A stretch of DNA of 60,958 bases, from positions 1 to 60,958 of the forward strand of contig JAYUQG010000028.1 of assembly GCA_043756865.1 (NCBI GenBank), read 5' to 3'. Under the pieces are notes generated by a model. The model worked only from the letters and a program-made list of their open reading frames with translations. It had not been told where the DNA came from and searched no databases. The position numbers and the translations under genes were made by a program. Source of the stretch: a bacterium (lineage in GTDB: Bacteria > Patescibacteriota > Minisyncoccia > Phycocordibacterales > UBA6899). Below, in pieces: positions 1 through 8,992 of the stretch. Within the stretch, counting starts at the first letter, position 1, and every line of letters starts with the position of its first letter.

Positions 1-205
1 GCACGCCTCCAATTGCCCCAGCGGGCAATTGCTGCTTTTCTCGAGCGGGCGACTTTTGCAAAGCCAAAAGACCATGCTCGCCTCGCTCTGCGAAGAGCTT
101 TTCTTCACTGAGGCAGAGCGCTTTGTCGGAAAACAAATTTAGTAGTGATTTGCCCACGTAAGCTCCGCGCTGTGTTGGGCTTGAACCTAACGGAACTAGC
201 TCCAA
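1..205 (-). CDS. partial ORF running off the left window edge (hypothetical)
   Basis: The minus-strand frame is open from a TGA at 212-214 down to position 2. Candidate starts are TTG 205 or GTG 157. No motif recognised. Confidence 0.2.
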   Translation of the reverse strand, partial: MELVPLGSSPTQRGAYVGKSLLNLFSDKALCLSEEKLFAERGEHGLLALQKSPAREKQQLPAGAIGGV

Positions 206-235
206 AAGATATCAGCTTGTAGGTAAAATAGAATT

Positions 236-721
236 TTATTTGGCGATTTCTTTTAAATAATCGTCAAAGATTTTTATGTACTCATCCTTTGAGAAATGGA
301 ATTCAGGGATTTGCTCATATCCCTCCGAGACAGGGTCGGTATATTGATTTTCATACTTGAAATCACTCCAGATAATTTCCGCGTCCGTTTCTGTAAGCTT
401 TGCCGTAATAGCACCGCACATGGGATCTTCATCGACGGGGCAACCGTAGATAATGACTCGATCTTCGTTTAAGCCTGATTTTTTCTTATTGATCAAAACG
501 GCAACAGTCTCGGGGTCAAGCCTTTTTGAGGTTTCAGGCTGAATCCATTCATGGTTATCGGAATGGAGCCAGCCAATATGCGTTATGTATTTTTTTTGAT
601 CTTCAATAGGAAGGTACTCATTAAATGATTTTTCATCAATTAAAAAATCTCTGTACTCATGAAATACGTTTGTGCTTATGCTCTTGGTGTCCTTGGTTAC
701 TAGCGTGATCTTGTTGGGCAT
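236..721 (-). CDS. hypothetical protein, 161 aa, visibly AT-rich gene
   Basis: Single uninterrupted ORF, more AT-rich by eye than its neighbours. No motif recognised. Confidence 0.55.
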   Translation of the reverse strand: MPNKITLVTKDTKSISTNVFHEYRDFLIDEKSFNEYLPIEDQKKYITHIGWLHSDNHEWIQPETSKRLDPETVAVLINKKKSGLNEDRVIIYGCPVDEDPMCGAITAKLTETDAEIIWSDFKYENQYTDPVSEGYEQIPEFHFSKDEYIKIFDDYLKEIAK

Positions 722-773
722 AATAATTATCTTTAAGACTTCATTGATTTGTTCCTTTGTGATCCCAGTGTGA

Positions 774-798
774 CTCTTTCCAGAGGGATTTAGTCCTA
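774..798 (-). promoter_or_regulatory. copy A of upstream motif TAGGACTAAATCC-CTCTGGAAAGA (minus-strand reading)
   Basis: Near-identical to 11807-11835. The TAGG end lies 77 nt upstream of the ATG at 721. Confidence 0.35.
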
Positions 799-899
799 TG
801 GTACACCCAAAAGTTCGGGAGTGAAATTAGGGGGTGGCTCTTGGGAGACAAAATTCTGGCATATTAGCCTCATGCGTTTTTGTTCGAAGAAAAGCCCGT

Positions 900-1023
900 G
901 CCCCACCTTCGCACTTCCTCCGCAGGCGAGTTGCTTGGTCTGCGTGGCTTTGCATGCAGAACTCGTCGAGGACTGTTTTGCCCGCCGCTGGAAGCGGGCA
1001 AATGTGAAGTGCGGGGGTGGGGC
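900..1023 (+). ncRNA. candidate structured RNA core (three-way junction) within the ORF-poor gap 722-1096
   Basis: An 18-nt helix (900-917 / 1006-1023) encloses hairpins 925-932/960-967 and 977-985/994-1002. The U-G and G-U pairs form only if the plus strand is the RNA. Confidence 0.3.
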
Positions 1024-1096
1024 GAAAACCTCAATGGAATGTGAGAAAAATACTCTGTACTTAGAAGGGTGGGGCTCACTAAAGCCCAACTTGCTC

Positions 1097-4000
1097 CTAT
1101 GTCTTCACAATATCAACAGCCTCCCCCACTGCGTGGGAGGTTGCGCCGACAACTTGGTTGATTTCGTCCTTATGTGCTGCGTAGAGCTTGGCGAGGTCGG
1201 GGGTGAGCGAGAGCGTGATGCGGTCGGCGGGTTCGAGACCTGCTTTTTTGCGGAGGTCTTGAATTGCGCGGATGAAGTCGCGGACTTCTCCCTCTTCTTT
1301 GAGTTCGGGAGTTATCTCTGTATCAAGTGCGACGCGGGTAGCCTCAGTGTCGAGCTTCCTCACAATAACGACCTGTTTTACATTCACCTCGTCTTTGATG
1401 ATATCGAGTAGTTCGGTCTTCCCCTCAAGCTTCGGTGCAATAACTGAAAGTGTCGCGAGTGGCTGGCGGACCTTGATCCCTGCTTTGGCGCGCTCTTCAA
1501 GTGCAAGCGACACAAGCGTGCGCACCTCTTCCATTTCTTCAAGCACCGTGGTGAGTCCGACACTCATGGGTGGCCAGTCTTCTAGATGAATGCTTTCTTT
1601 TTTGTCTTCCACAGAGAGTTGCAAATAGAGGTCTTCAGCAGTGAAGGGCATAAAGGGTGCGATGAGTTTCGCAAACTGGAGGAGTACCCAGCCCGTGGTG
1701 GCTATCGCGGCGTCACGGTCAGCAGCGTCTTCTGACTTGAATCGGTCACGTGAGCGTCTGATGTACCATGTCGACCAATCATCGAGAAACGGAAGTATAG
1801 GCCGTGTCGCACGGTCGAGTTCGTGCGTGTCTAAGTGATGCGTGACTTCGGCATGTGTCTCGCTCAAGCGCGAAAGAATCCAGCGGTCGAGTGCGTATGG
1901 GCTTGCGAGAGCGGTTCGCGGAATTGCGAAGTTATTTGCATGCAGTGCGTAGAATGCGTGAATGTTCTCGAGTCTGAGTGTGAGTTTCTTGAACACCTCA
2001 TCTACGCCGAGTGTGGCGAAGCGCAACTCTTCGCCGCGCACCACGGGAGAATTCAACATATAAAAGCGGAGCGCGTCCGCACCAAACTTTGAGGTAATCT
2101 CCATCGGGTCAGGATAGTTCTTGAGCTTCTTCGACATCTTCTGACCGTCTTCTGCGAGGATAAGTCCCGTCGTGATAACGCTCTTAAATGCCGCACGGTC
2201 AAAGAGGCCCACGGAAAGTATGAGCATAGTATAGAACCAACCGCGTGTCTGGTCTTGCGCCTCTGCGATAAAGTCAGCGGGGAAATTTTTTACAAATAGC
2301 TTGCCGTCAGGTGTCGTCTCGTCGCCCATGTAATGAAACTGTGCATACGGCATGGAGCCAGACTCGAACCAACAATCAAATACTTCGGGGATACGTTCCA
2401 TGGTGCCGAGTTCGCATGAGCAGCGGTAACTCACGCGGTCAATGTATGGCCGATGAAAATCAAGCTCGTAGCGGTCGTTGTGTGGAAGTGGAGCAAACGC
2501 AAACGGGAGTGCTTCTGCGTAGTCGTAATAGTCATCTCCCCCCTCGACGCGCATCCACGCAGCATCGTCATCGGTGGCGCCTTTCGCCGCGGCATCGAGC
2601 ATCCATGTCCCATATTCGTGGGTGACAAAAAGAATCGTCTTGCCTTCGTATTTTTGATTTGCGTCATAGAGCGCTGATGCAACGCGCACAAACATTTGAC
2701 GCAAGTTCTCTCCGCCTGGGCTTGGTTTTGTAAATTTCTCAAGCGTCGAAGTAAAGTACGCACGATACGTGTCTATCGCGCATCCGTTGAAGTCACCCGT
2801 ATTTACTTCGGCAAGTCGTTCATCGAATATGACTGCGCTTTCAGGGATACCGAGCTCGCTCGCCACAATGCGTGCGGTTTCCTTGGTACGGAGCACAGGT
2901 GAAGCAATAATCATGTCGATACCTTTGTCCTTCAGCTTTGCAGCAGTCGCCGCAACTTGCGCACGACCATTTTCGGTCAAATGAAATTCGTCTTCGATTT
3001 TATAGCTCACAATACCCTTTATGTTTGCTTCAGATTCACCATGACGCATCACAAAGTAGTTGTTCGTGCTTTTTGTTTTCTCTGAGAGCGACGCGACAGA
3101 CCCATGTGCGTCTACTTTTCCGCACTTATTGCACTTCCACACGGGAAGTGGGGCACCCCAATACCGACTGCGAGAAATTGCCCAGTCGCGTGCGCCTTCG
3201 AGCCAGTGCCCAAACCGTCCATCACGAACTGACTCAGGAATCCACTTAATTTCTTTGTTTTCTTCGATGAGGCGGGGCTTGAGTGTGGTCACGTTTACAA
3301 ACCACGATGAAGCAGCGTAGTTCAAAAGCGGAGTGTCGCAACGCCAACAGTGGGGGTATGAGTGGGTGATATTTTCTTTTGCAAAAAAAGTACCGTGTTC
3401 CTGTAGATATTTGAGCACCGCGATGTCTGTTGCGAGACGCACTTTGTCGTCATCACTTTTTGGCTTCACCGACATGCCTGCAAAATCTTTTACTTCATGC
3501 TTCATTTGTCCATTCATGCCGACATGCTGAATCATCGGAAGTTTCAGCTTCTTTGCCAGTTCCATGTCTTCTTCACCAAACGCAGGAGCTTCGTGCACAA
3601 TTCCTGTTCCCGAATCAACCGTCACAAAATCAGCACCCACCACTTTCCATGCATTCTCACGATGCTCAAGTTTTTCGTCGGATGTGTAGTAGTCAAACAA
3701 AGGTTTATACGCTTTGCCGATCAAGTCTTTGCCTTTCTTTTCATCCACGACCTCGTGCACTTTATCCTTAAATATCTTTGCACACAGTTCTTTTGCAACA
3801 ATATACCGTGCTCCCTCGTGGGCCACGATTACATACACAAACTCAGGGTTCACCGCTATTGCGACATTACCTGGCAGTGTCCACGGAGTTGTCGTCCACG
3901 CAACAAGAAAAGTGCCCGGCTCATCCTTGAGTTCAAATTTTACATACACGGAAATATCTTTGATGTCCTTATACCCCTGCGCCACTTCGGAGGCGGCAAG

Positions 4001-4609
4001 TGTCGTCTCGCAGCGCGGACAAATGTGCATGGACTTAAAGCCTTCATAAATCAGCTTCTTGTCGTGGAGTGTCTTAAACGCCCACCACACACTCTCGGTA
4101 TATGATGCGTCCATGGTTTTGTATTCGTGGTCCATATCGACCCAACGACCCATTCGCGGAACAATGGAACGCCATTCTTTGTCGTACATGAGTACACTCT
4201 CGCGTGCTTTCTGGTTGAATCGCTCTACTCCGTACTCTTCTATTTCGCTCTTTTGTTTAAGTCCAAGTTCTTTTTCAATCAGATTTTCGATCGGCAGCCC
4301 GTGACAGTCCCAACCCCACTCACGGCGCACATGACGCCCGCGCATCGTCTGATAGCGCGGAATAACGTCTTTGATTGTCCCCTGTAAGAGATGCCCGTGG
4401 TGCGGAAGTCCTGTTGCAAAAGGAGGTCCATCATAAAAAACGTAGCGATCTTTCCCCTCATTTTTTTGTACTGATTTTTCAAAAATACGATGTTCCTTCC
4501 AGTACTCGAGCACTGCTGCTTCGCGTTCGCTGACTGACTGCTTTTTCTCACCTTTTGCTTTCTCGTCCATATGGAGGATTATACTATATGTTTTTCTGTT
4601 TTCAGGCAA
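1097..4609 (-). CDS. ileS: isoleucine--tRNA ligase (type-2-like) carrying an inserted histidine-phosphatase domain
   Basis: Motifs PHHGHLL (HIGH), KMSKK, WAISRSRYWG and EVFDCWFESGSMPYAQ are present. An alternative start at ATG 4570 (MDEKAKG) is preceded by TATAGTATAAT. Confidence 0.97.
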   Translation of the reverse strand: MPENRKTYSIILHMDEKAKGEKKQSVSEREAAVLEYWKEHRIFEKSVQKNEGKDRYVFYDGPPFATGLPHHGHLLQGTIKDVIPRYQTMRGRHVRREWGWDCHGLPIENLIEKELGLKQKSEIEEYGVERFNQKARESVLMYDKEWRSIVPRMGRWVDMDHEYKTMDASYTESVWWAFKTLHDKKLIYEGFKSMHICPRCETTLAASEVAQGYKDIKDISVYVKFELKDEPGTFLVAWTTTPWTLPGNVAIAVNPEFVYVIVAHEGARYIVAKELCAKIFKDKVHEVVDEKKGKDLIGKAYKPLFDYYTSDEKLEHRENAWKVVGADFVTVDSGTGIVHEAPAFGEEDMELAKKLKLPMIQHVGMNGQMKHEVKDFAGMSVKPKSDDDKVRLATDIAVLKYLQEHGTFFAKENITHSYPHCWRCDTPLLNYAASSWFVNVTTLKPRLIEENKEIKWIPESVRDGRFGHWLEGARDWAISRSRYWGAPLPVWKCNKCGKVDAHGSVASLSEKTKSTNNYFVMRHGESEANIKGIVSYKIEDEFHLTENGRAQVAATAAKLKDKGIDMIIASPVLRTKETARIVASELGIPESAVIFDERLAEVNTGDFNGCAIDTYRAYFTSTLEKFTKPSPGGENLRQMFVRVASALYDANQKYEGKTILFVTHEYGTWMLDAAAKGATDDDAAWMRVEGGDDYYDYAEALPFAFAPLPHNDRYELDFHRPYIDRVSYRCSCELGTMERIPEVFDCWFESGSMPYAQFHYMGDETTPDGKLFVKNFPADFIAEAQDQTRGWFYTMLILSVGLFDRAAFKSVITTGLILAEDGQKMSKKLKNYPDPMEITSKFGADALRFYMLNSPVVRGEELRFATLGVDEVFKKLTLRLENIHAFYALHANNFAIPRTALASPYALDRWILSRLSETHAEVTHHLDTHELDRATRPILPFLDDWSTWYIRRSRDRFKSEDAADRDAAIATTGWVLLQFAKLIAPFMPFTAEDLYLQLSVEDKKESIHLEDWPPMSVGLTTVLEEMEEVRTLVSLALEERAKAGIKVRQPLATLSVIAPKLEGKTELLDIIKDEVNVKQVVIVRKLDTEATRVALDTEITPELKEEGEVRDFIRAIQDLRKKAGLEPADRITLSLTPDLAKLYAAHKDEINQVVGATSHAVGEAVDIVKT

Positions 4610-4639
4610 AAAAAACGCGCAACAGTGTTGCGCGTTGAA

Positions 4640-4993
4640 TCAACTCTTTGGAGACATGCGGGCACTCTCGCCACAACCGCACACGTCGGCGCCGTCAGGG
4701 ATGACTACGACCGTACGGTTCGCAAACGGGCCCACGCCATTAGTGGTGAGCACAATCGCCGCATTCGCGAAACTCGGACATTCGAGCGGACTGTACACAA
4801 TCGAGAGGCCGTACGCGTGTAGGACCGAATCGCCCGCAAGTACGGTGCCACCCCGCTCGAGACGACTGCCGATATCCCCGCAACCGGACGCGCGTACTTC
4901 GCGAAGCCTTAACGGTTGTCCTCCCGCAGTCGGAACTGCCCGCATTTGTCCAAGCAGAAACTCCGCTACTTCTTTCGTAATTGTGATACCCAT
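4640..4993 (-). CDS. HesB/IscA-family iron-sulfur cluster insertion protein (divergent)
   Basis: ITITKEVAEFL N-terminus, GCG at about aa 37 and C-terminal CGCGES give the three conserved Cys. A GGAGG lies 5 nt upstream of ATG 4993. Confidence 0.7.
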   Translation of the reverse strand: MGITITKEVAEFLLGQMRAVPTAGGQPLRLREVRASGCGDIGSRLERGGTVLAGDSVLHAYGLSIVYSPLECPSFANAAIVLTTNGVGPFANRTVVVIPDGADVCGCGESARMSPKS

Positions 4994-5077
4994 GTATTCC
5001 TCCACTCAAATAGCAACCTCTCTCCATTCTATGCATGACGCAGAAAAAAGAAAGCCACCCGTGAAGGGCGGCGTGGG

Positions 5078-5851
5078 TTATTGAGAGGCAAGCTCGGCGA
5101 ACCAATCCTCTAGTGTTGCGGATACTGCCACTTCAAACGCTTCGGGCGGACCACCGTTGTCGATAACTGCGTGTGCGTGACCTTCAAGCAATCGGATTTC
5201 TCGCTCCGCTTCAGCGTTTCCGAGTTCGATGAACTGGGCAAGAGTGAGGCAATCGTCGCCTGGCTTTTCGTTCCGCAGCTTATGGCGCTGGTGGCGAATG
5301 TCCGTATGCGCAAACACATAGGTCAGACGAAACACCACACTGGGGTCATGCATCAAGGTGCCGATATCGACCAGTCGTCGAATCCCCTCGAACACAATAA
5401 AGGGGCTCGAGGAGTTCACACCCCTCGCACGCGACATGAGCGCGCGCTCAAGAATGTTTTCACCAAAGTGGTGGCGGGCGGCAGTTGAAATTGCTTGCAG
5501 GTCGGGAGTGCTGGCGCTCGCATTCCACACGCCCTTGCGTACAGGAATGAATTCAGTGACGACCCACGCGGCAAAGGCAGTATGCGCATTATTGTCTGCG
5601 CGTGCATTTGGTGTAAATTCAAAAGACACTTCCGCGACCTCACGAATATGCAACCTCAGCAGGCGTTCGTCTGAGGGCATGCCCGAGAGACGCCCGTCTG
5701 GAATTCTAGCGATTAATCCGGCATAAAACTCGCGGAGCGAATCCGAGAATCGAAATGACGGAGTCCGTGGATACCACTGCTTAATCAAGTCCGTCGCGGT
5801 ACCTTTGCCTGAAGCCATCTCGCCCGCGAAGCCAAGAATGATTTTTTTCAT
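5078..5851 (-). CDS. P-loop nucleotide/nucleoside kinase-like protein
   Basis: Walker A GEMASGKGT lies right after the start MKKIILGFAG. A GGAGG lies 4 nt upstream of ATG 5851. Confidence 0.6.
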   Translation of the reverse strand: MKKIILGFAGEMASGKGTATDLIKQWYPRTPSFRFSDSLREFYAGLIARIPDGRLSGMPSDERLLRLHIREVAEVSFEFTPNARADNNAHTAFAAWVVTEFIPVRKGVWNASASTPDLQAISTAARHHFGENILERALMSRARGVNSSSPFIVFEGIRRLVDIGTLMHDPSVVFRLTYVFAHTDIRHQRHKLRNEKPGDDCLTLAQFIELGNAEAEREIRLLEGHAHAVIDNGGPPEAFEVAVSATLEDWFAELASQ

Positions 5852-5951
5852 CGCACCTCCAAAAAGAGAACAGAAAATGCTACTTTCCGTATGGTAGGGG
5901 CACACTCATGAAAAAACAACTCGACGGGATGCCAACGCTGTCGTGTATGTG

Positions 5952-6218
5952 TTAATTCCCGCGCAGGTGGAAGTACTGCGTATCGTTCCACGCAGGAACG
6001 TTCTCGAGTATGACAATTTCGTTCTTCACGTCACGCTCAGCTGCCAAGAGCGCCGTGGACTCTATTTGTTGTGCTTTGTTAGATGTAAAAAGCTCCCAAT
6101 TGTGCCAACGATAAATAAAGCCGACTATCAAGCTGTCTGCGACAAGTGCAAGTATGACCAAAATAGTAAGGCCATTAATGTGTAGTATTTCTTTTCGTGG
6201 TGTTGTTTCTGGTTCCAT
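5952..6218 (-). CDS. small membrane-anchored hypothetical protein
   Basis: 88-aa ORF with one hydrophobic helix (LTILVILALVADSLIVGFIY). Confidence 0.4.
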   Translation of the reverse strand: MEPETTPRKEILHINGLTILVILALVADSLIVGFIYRWHNWELFTSNKAQQIESTALLAAERDVKNEIVILENVPAWNDTQYFHLRGN

Positions 6219-6232
6219 GTCCTTGATGACGG

Positions 6233-6484
6233 CTATCGTGCTAAATGTACGCGTGCGGCCTCAATACCCTCATCACGAAGCACATCGCGATATGCACTTA
6301 GTACAATGATATTTGCTTTAATCTCATTGTTAAACTGCCGAGCGGACTGCCCGAGCTCACGCATGATAGAAAAGTGCCACATCATGCCGAACACAAAACA
6401 CATAAGGACGCTTCCGAACACAATAATCCAGATACGTTTCATGCTTCCCTGTGGTGTTGCGTTTTCCATAATAGTGTCGCGCAT
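6233..6484 (-). CDS. small membrane-anchored hypothetical protein
   Basis: 83-aa ORF with one TM helix (IWIIVFGSVLMCFVFGMMW). It abuts the argS stop. Confidence 0.4.
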   Translation of the reverse strand: MRDTIMENATPQGSMKRIWIIVFGSVLMCFVFGMMWHFSIMRELGQSARQFNNEIKANIIVLSAYRDVLRDEGIEAARVHLAR

Positions 6485-6485
6485 A

Positions 6486-8201
6486 TTACATCTGCGCTGG
6501 TGCCATTATACCAAGAAGTGCGAGTCCGCGCTCCATGACTTGCGCACAGGCAGAGACGAGTGCCAGTTTGTATGGTTCGTCGGGTGAGTCGCCTAAAATC
6601 TGTGTGTTGGCATAGTACGCATTAAACTCACGTGCGAGCTGGGTCAAGTATGTCACGATATAGTGTGGCTCGCGCTCTATACTGGCGCGGAGCACCACTT
6701 CGGGGAAAAAGAGGAGTGTGCGGTGCAGCGTCGACACCTCGCCGACTAATGCCTCGGGGTTTGCCTTTTTTTCACCTGCTTTCTCCAGAAGTGAATGTGC
6801 ACGCGCATTCGTATATTGCAGGTATGGACCCGAGTCTCCTTCAAATGAAAGAGATTGTTCTACATCAAAAATAATATCTTTGCCCGTAGCCTGCCGCAGT
6901 ATCGCGTATTTAATGGCACCCACAGCAACCATTTCCGCGATACGATCCTGCTCTTCATTGCTAAACATGCCTGCTTTAAACTTCTGGAGTGCAGTAGTTT
7001 TGGTGTCATTAATGAGCGTGTTTGCAGAAATCACATCCCCCGTACGTGAAGACATTTTGCCCGTGGTGAGCCGCATCATGCCGTGACTGATGTGTTCGGT
7101 CTTTGCCGCGAGTTCGGGAAAAACTTGAGCCATGGCATCGAGCAGCACCTTGAAATAGTCATTGATTTCATTGCCCGTAACCACAGTTGAGTGGTCGTAC
7201 GGATACGCGTCGTATTTAATTTTGGCGAGACCAAGCTCTTTTGCTTCATACGTGGGGAGGCCTTCTTTGTTCAAAAACACTCTCGTGTGCAGACCCATCG
7301 CCTCGTCGCCTTTATAAACAATCGCGCCGTCACTTTCTACAAATACCTCGGGATGTGCGTGCACGACCTCTTTGCCAAATATGCCAGTATTGCTTTCAAA
7401 AAAATAAAAGTCGAATGCTTTGCCCTCGGTACTGTTATGCGCAGTGCCCAGTCGTTTGTAGATAATCTCAAAATATTCCAAGCTCCATGCCCGGCCTAGG
7501 TCATAGAGCTGATTCACATGAGCGTCGTTTCGGTCATAAATCTTTTTGTTGAGCACTACGATATCGTGCTTTACAATGTCATCAAACTTTGCGGTCTGCG
7601 CTCCACGTGCATATGCCCGCCCGAGAAACTCTACTTTTGTGCCAATATCTGCAGACTCATCAGGAAGTGCCTCCTGTGTCATACCCCAGACGGCACTTGC
7701 AACATGAAGACCCACGTCTCCCTGATAGCAGGCGCGCTTCGTCTCCCCCCCTGATGCCTCCAGTATACGCGCGATAGATTCACCAATGGTATTGGACATC
7801 AGATGTCCAATATGAAATTCCTTAAACGGATTAGGGTCTGTGTATTCGACTATTACTTTTTTGTGCTTCAGTGTTTCGTTATTTCCATATGAGACTCCTT
7901 GCTGTAGTAGCTCGCCAAGTTCGCGAATGAAATAGCTTTTTGAGCAACGCACGTTGATAAACCCTGGACCGGCAATTTCCACCGCCGCGATGTCATCATC
8001 TTCCACTCGTTCAAGTAGTGATTTGATTTCCTCTGCAAATGCACGGGGGTTTTTGCCCAGCTTTTTTGCGGTCGCGAGTGCTACATTTGTCGAATAATCG
8101 CCGTGCGACATTTCCGCAGGCCGCTCTACGACAAATGACGTGTCGGTCACGCCCAGTTCTTTCAGTGCACTATTGATATACTCGCGAAGCTTCGTTTCCA
8201 T
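6486..8201 (-). CDS. argS: arginine--tRNA ligase
   Basis: Typical ArgRS N-terminal domain, HIGH-like FHIGHLMS and a C-terminal anticodon-binding DALR region. ATG 8201 (METKLREY) is preferred over the upstream TTG 8225. Confidence 0.95.
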   Translation of the reverse strand: METKLREYINSALKELGVTDTSFVVERPAEMSHGDYSTNVALATAKKLGKNPRAFAEEIKSLLERVEDDDIAAVEIAGPGFINVRCSKSYFIRELGELLQQGVSYGNNETLKHKKVIVEYTDPNPFKEFHIGHLMSNTIGESIARILEASGGETKRACYQGDVGLHVASAVWGMTQEALPDESADIGTKVEFLGRAYARGAQTAKFDDIVKHDIVVLNKKIYDRNDAHVNQLYDLGRAWSLEYFEIIYKRLGTAHNSTEGKAFDFYFFESNTGIFGKEVVHAHPEVFVESDGAIVYKGDEAMGLHTRVFLNKEGLPTYEAKELGLAKIKYDAYPYDHSTVVTGNEINDYFKVLLDAMAQVFPELAAKTEHISHGMMRLTTGKMSSRTGDVISANTLINDTKTTALQKFKAGMFSNEEQDRIAEMVAVGAIKYAILRQATGKDIIFDVEQSLSFEGDSGPYLQYTNARAHSLLEKAGEKKANPEALVGEVSTLHRTLLFFPEVVLRASIEREPHYIVTYLTQLAREFNAYYANTQILGDSPDEPYKLALVSACAQVMERGLALLGIMAPAQM

Positions 8202-8273
8202 CGTTTCTGCATAGTAACATAGCAAACAAAAACAAAAAGTCTGACCGAGGTCGGACCTTATTTGATTGGGTTA

Positions 8274-8963
8274 TTAGAGAATGCCCTGTGCAACAAGATG
8301 GGTGTAAATTTCCTCGTGGATGTCTTCTTTGGTGCGGAGTGTCGTGCCGTGAGGAAGCATGCAGTCGATTATCTTCCAACCCTCGCGAGCTGCAACCTCG
8401 AGATACGAGGCTGAGGCTTGTCGCAAATGGGCGATGTCTGCTTCGTGGATATCGCGCTTTTTGCCTTGGGTATACTCGCGTACTGCCTTTTGGTCAACCA
8501 ACTGCTGTCCGATTTCGGGCGGCACATACAGGAGGATGTTTGCATCGGGTTTGGGGAGCTGGAGCATGTCGTACTCGAGTTCCTTTAGCCACACGATGCA
8601 TTTTTCACGCAGCGCGGGGTCGGAAATCTTTCCCGCTTGGTGACCCATATTCGAGGAGACGTACCGGTTTGAAATAATGATTTCACCGTCCGCAAGCCAT
8701 GTACGCATTTCAAATGATGCATCATAGCGATCAAGCGCATAAAAAAGTGACGCGCGATATGGGCCTACTTCGTCGGCAGTTCCATATTCGCCGCGCAAAT
8801 ATTTTTCCACGAAATACGCGGATACTTTTCCGTATTGTGGAAAGTCGGCAAGGCGCACACGGCGCTTTTCGCGCGTGAGGCGCTCTATCAACATGCCCGC
8901 ATGTGTCCCCTTCCCAGAGCCGTCGGTGCCGTCAATAACTACGAGTTTTCCTAATGTATGCAT
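8274..8963 (-). CDS. tmk: thymidylate (dTMP) kinase
   Basis: VIDGTDGSGKGT P-loop and DRY motif; 229 aa. Confidence 0.9.
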   Translation of the reverse strand: MHTLGKLVVIDGTDGSGKGTHAGMLIERLTREKRRVRLADFPQYGKVSAYFVEKYLRGEYGTADEVGPYRASLFYALDRYDASFEMRTWLADGEIIISNRYVSSNMGHQAGKISDPALREKCIVWLKELEYDMLQLPKPDANILLYVPPEIGQQLVDQKAVREYTQGKKRDIHEADIAHLRQASASYLEVAAREGWKIIDCMLPHGTTLRTKEDIHEEIYTHLVAQGIL

Positions 8964-8992
8964 ATTAGAGGAGTATAGGGGTAAAGAAGTAT

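Noticed and set aside
722-1096. Possible RNase P RNA, tmRNA, SRP RNA, 6S RNA or hammerhead in the structured gap
   Set aside because: I found no GAGGAAAGUCC/ACAGAA..CGGCUUA pair. There is no GGGG...UCCACCA acceptor pairing or tag ORF ending in ...AA-stop. There is no GGAA tetraloop with an AGCA symmetric loop, and no CUGAUGA/GAAA core at the three-way junction. The identity is left open.
796-1411. Track ORFs 796-1089 (-), 870-1079 (-) and 821-1411 (+) covering the gap 3' of ileS
   Set aside because: The translations are low-complexity and Cys/Arg/Pro-rich. There is no RBS. The plus-strand ORF runs antisense into the conserved C-terminus of ileS. The region is better explained by RNA-type base pairing.
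1097-4609. Numerous 60-200-aa ORFs antisense to or out of frame within ileS, argS, glmS, murD, ftsH, guaB, the antiporter and the giant protein
   Set aside because: They lie entirely within strongly supported conserved genes, and their translations are biased and motif-free. They are treated as shadow ORFs.
4610-4639. T-box or other leader upstream of ileS (and likewise upstream of argS)
   Set aside because: Only about 30-70 nt separate these genes from their upstream neighbours, which is too short for a T-box. Only a TATAAT-like box is visible.
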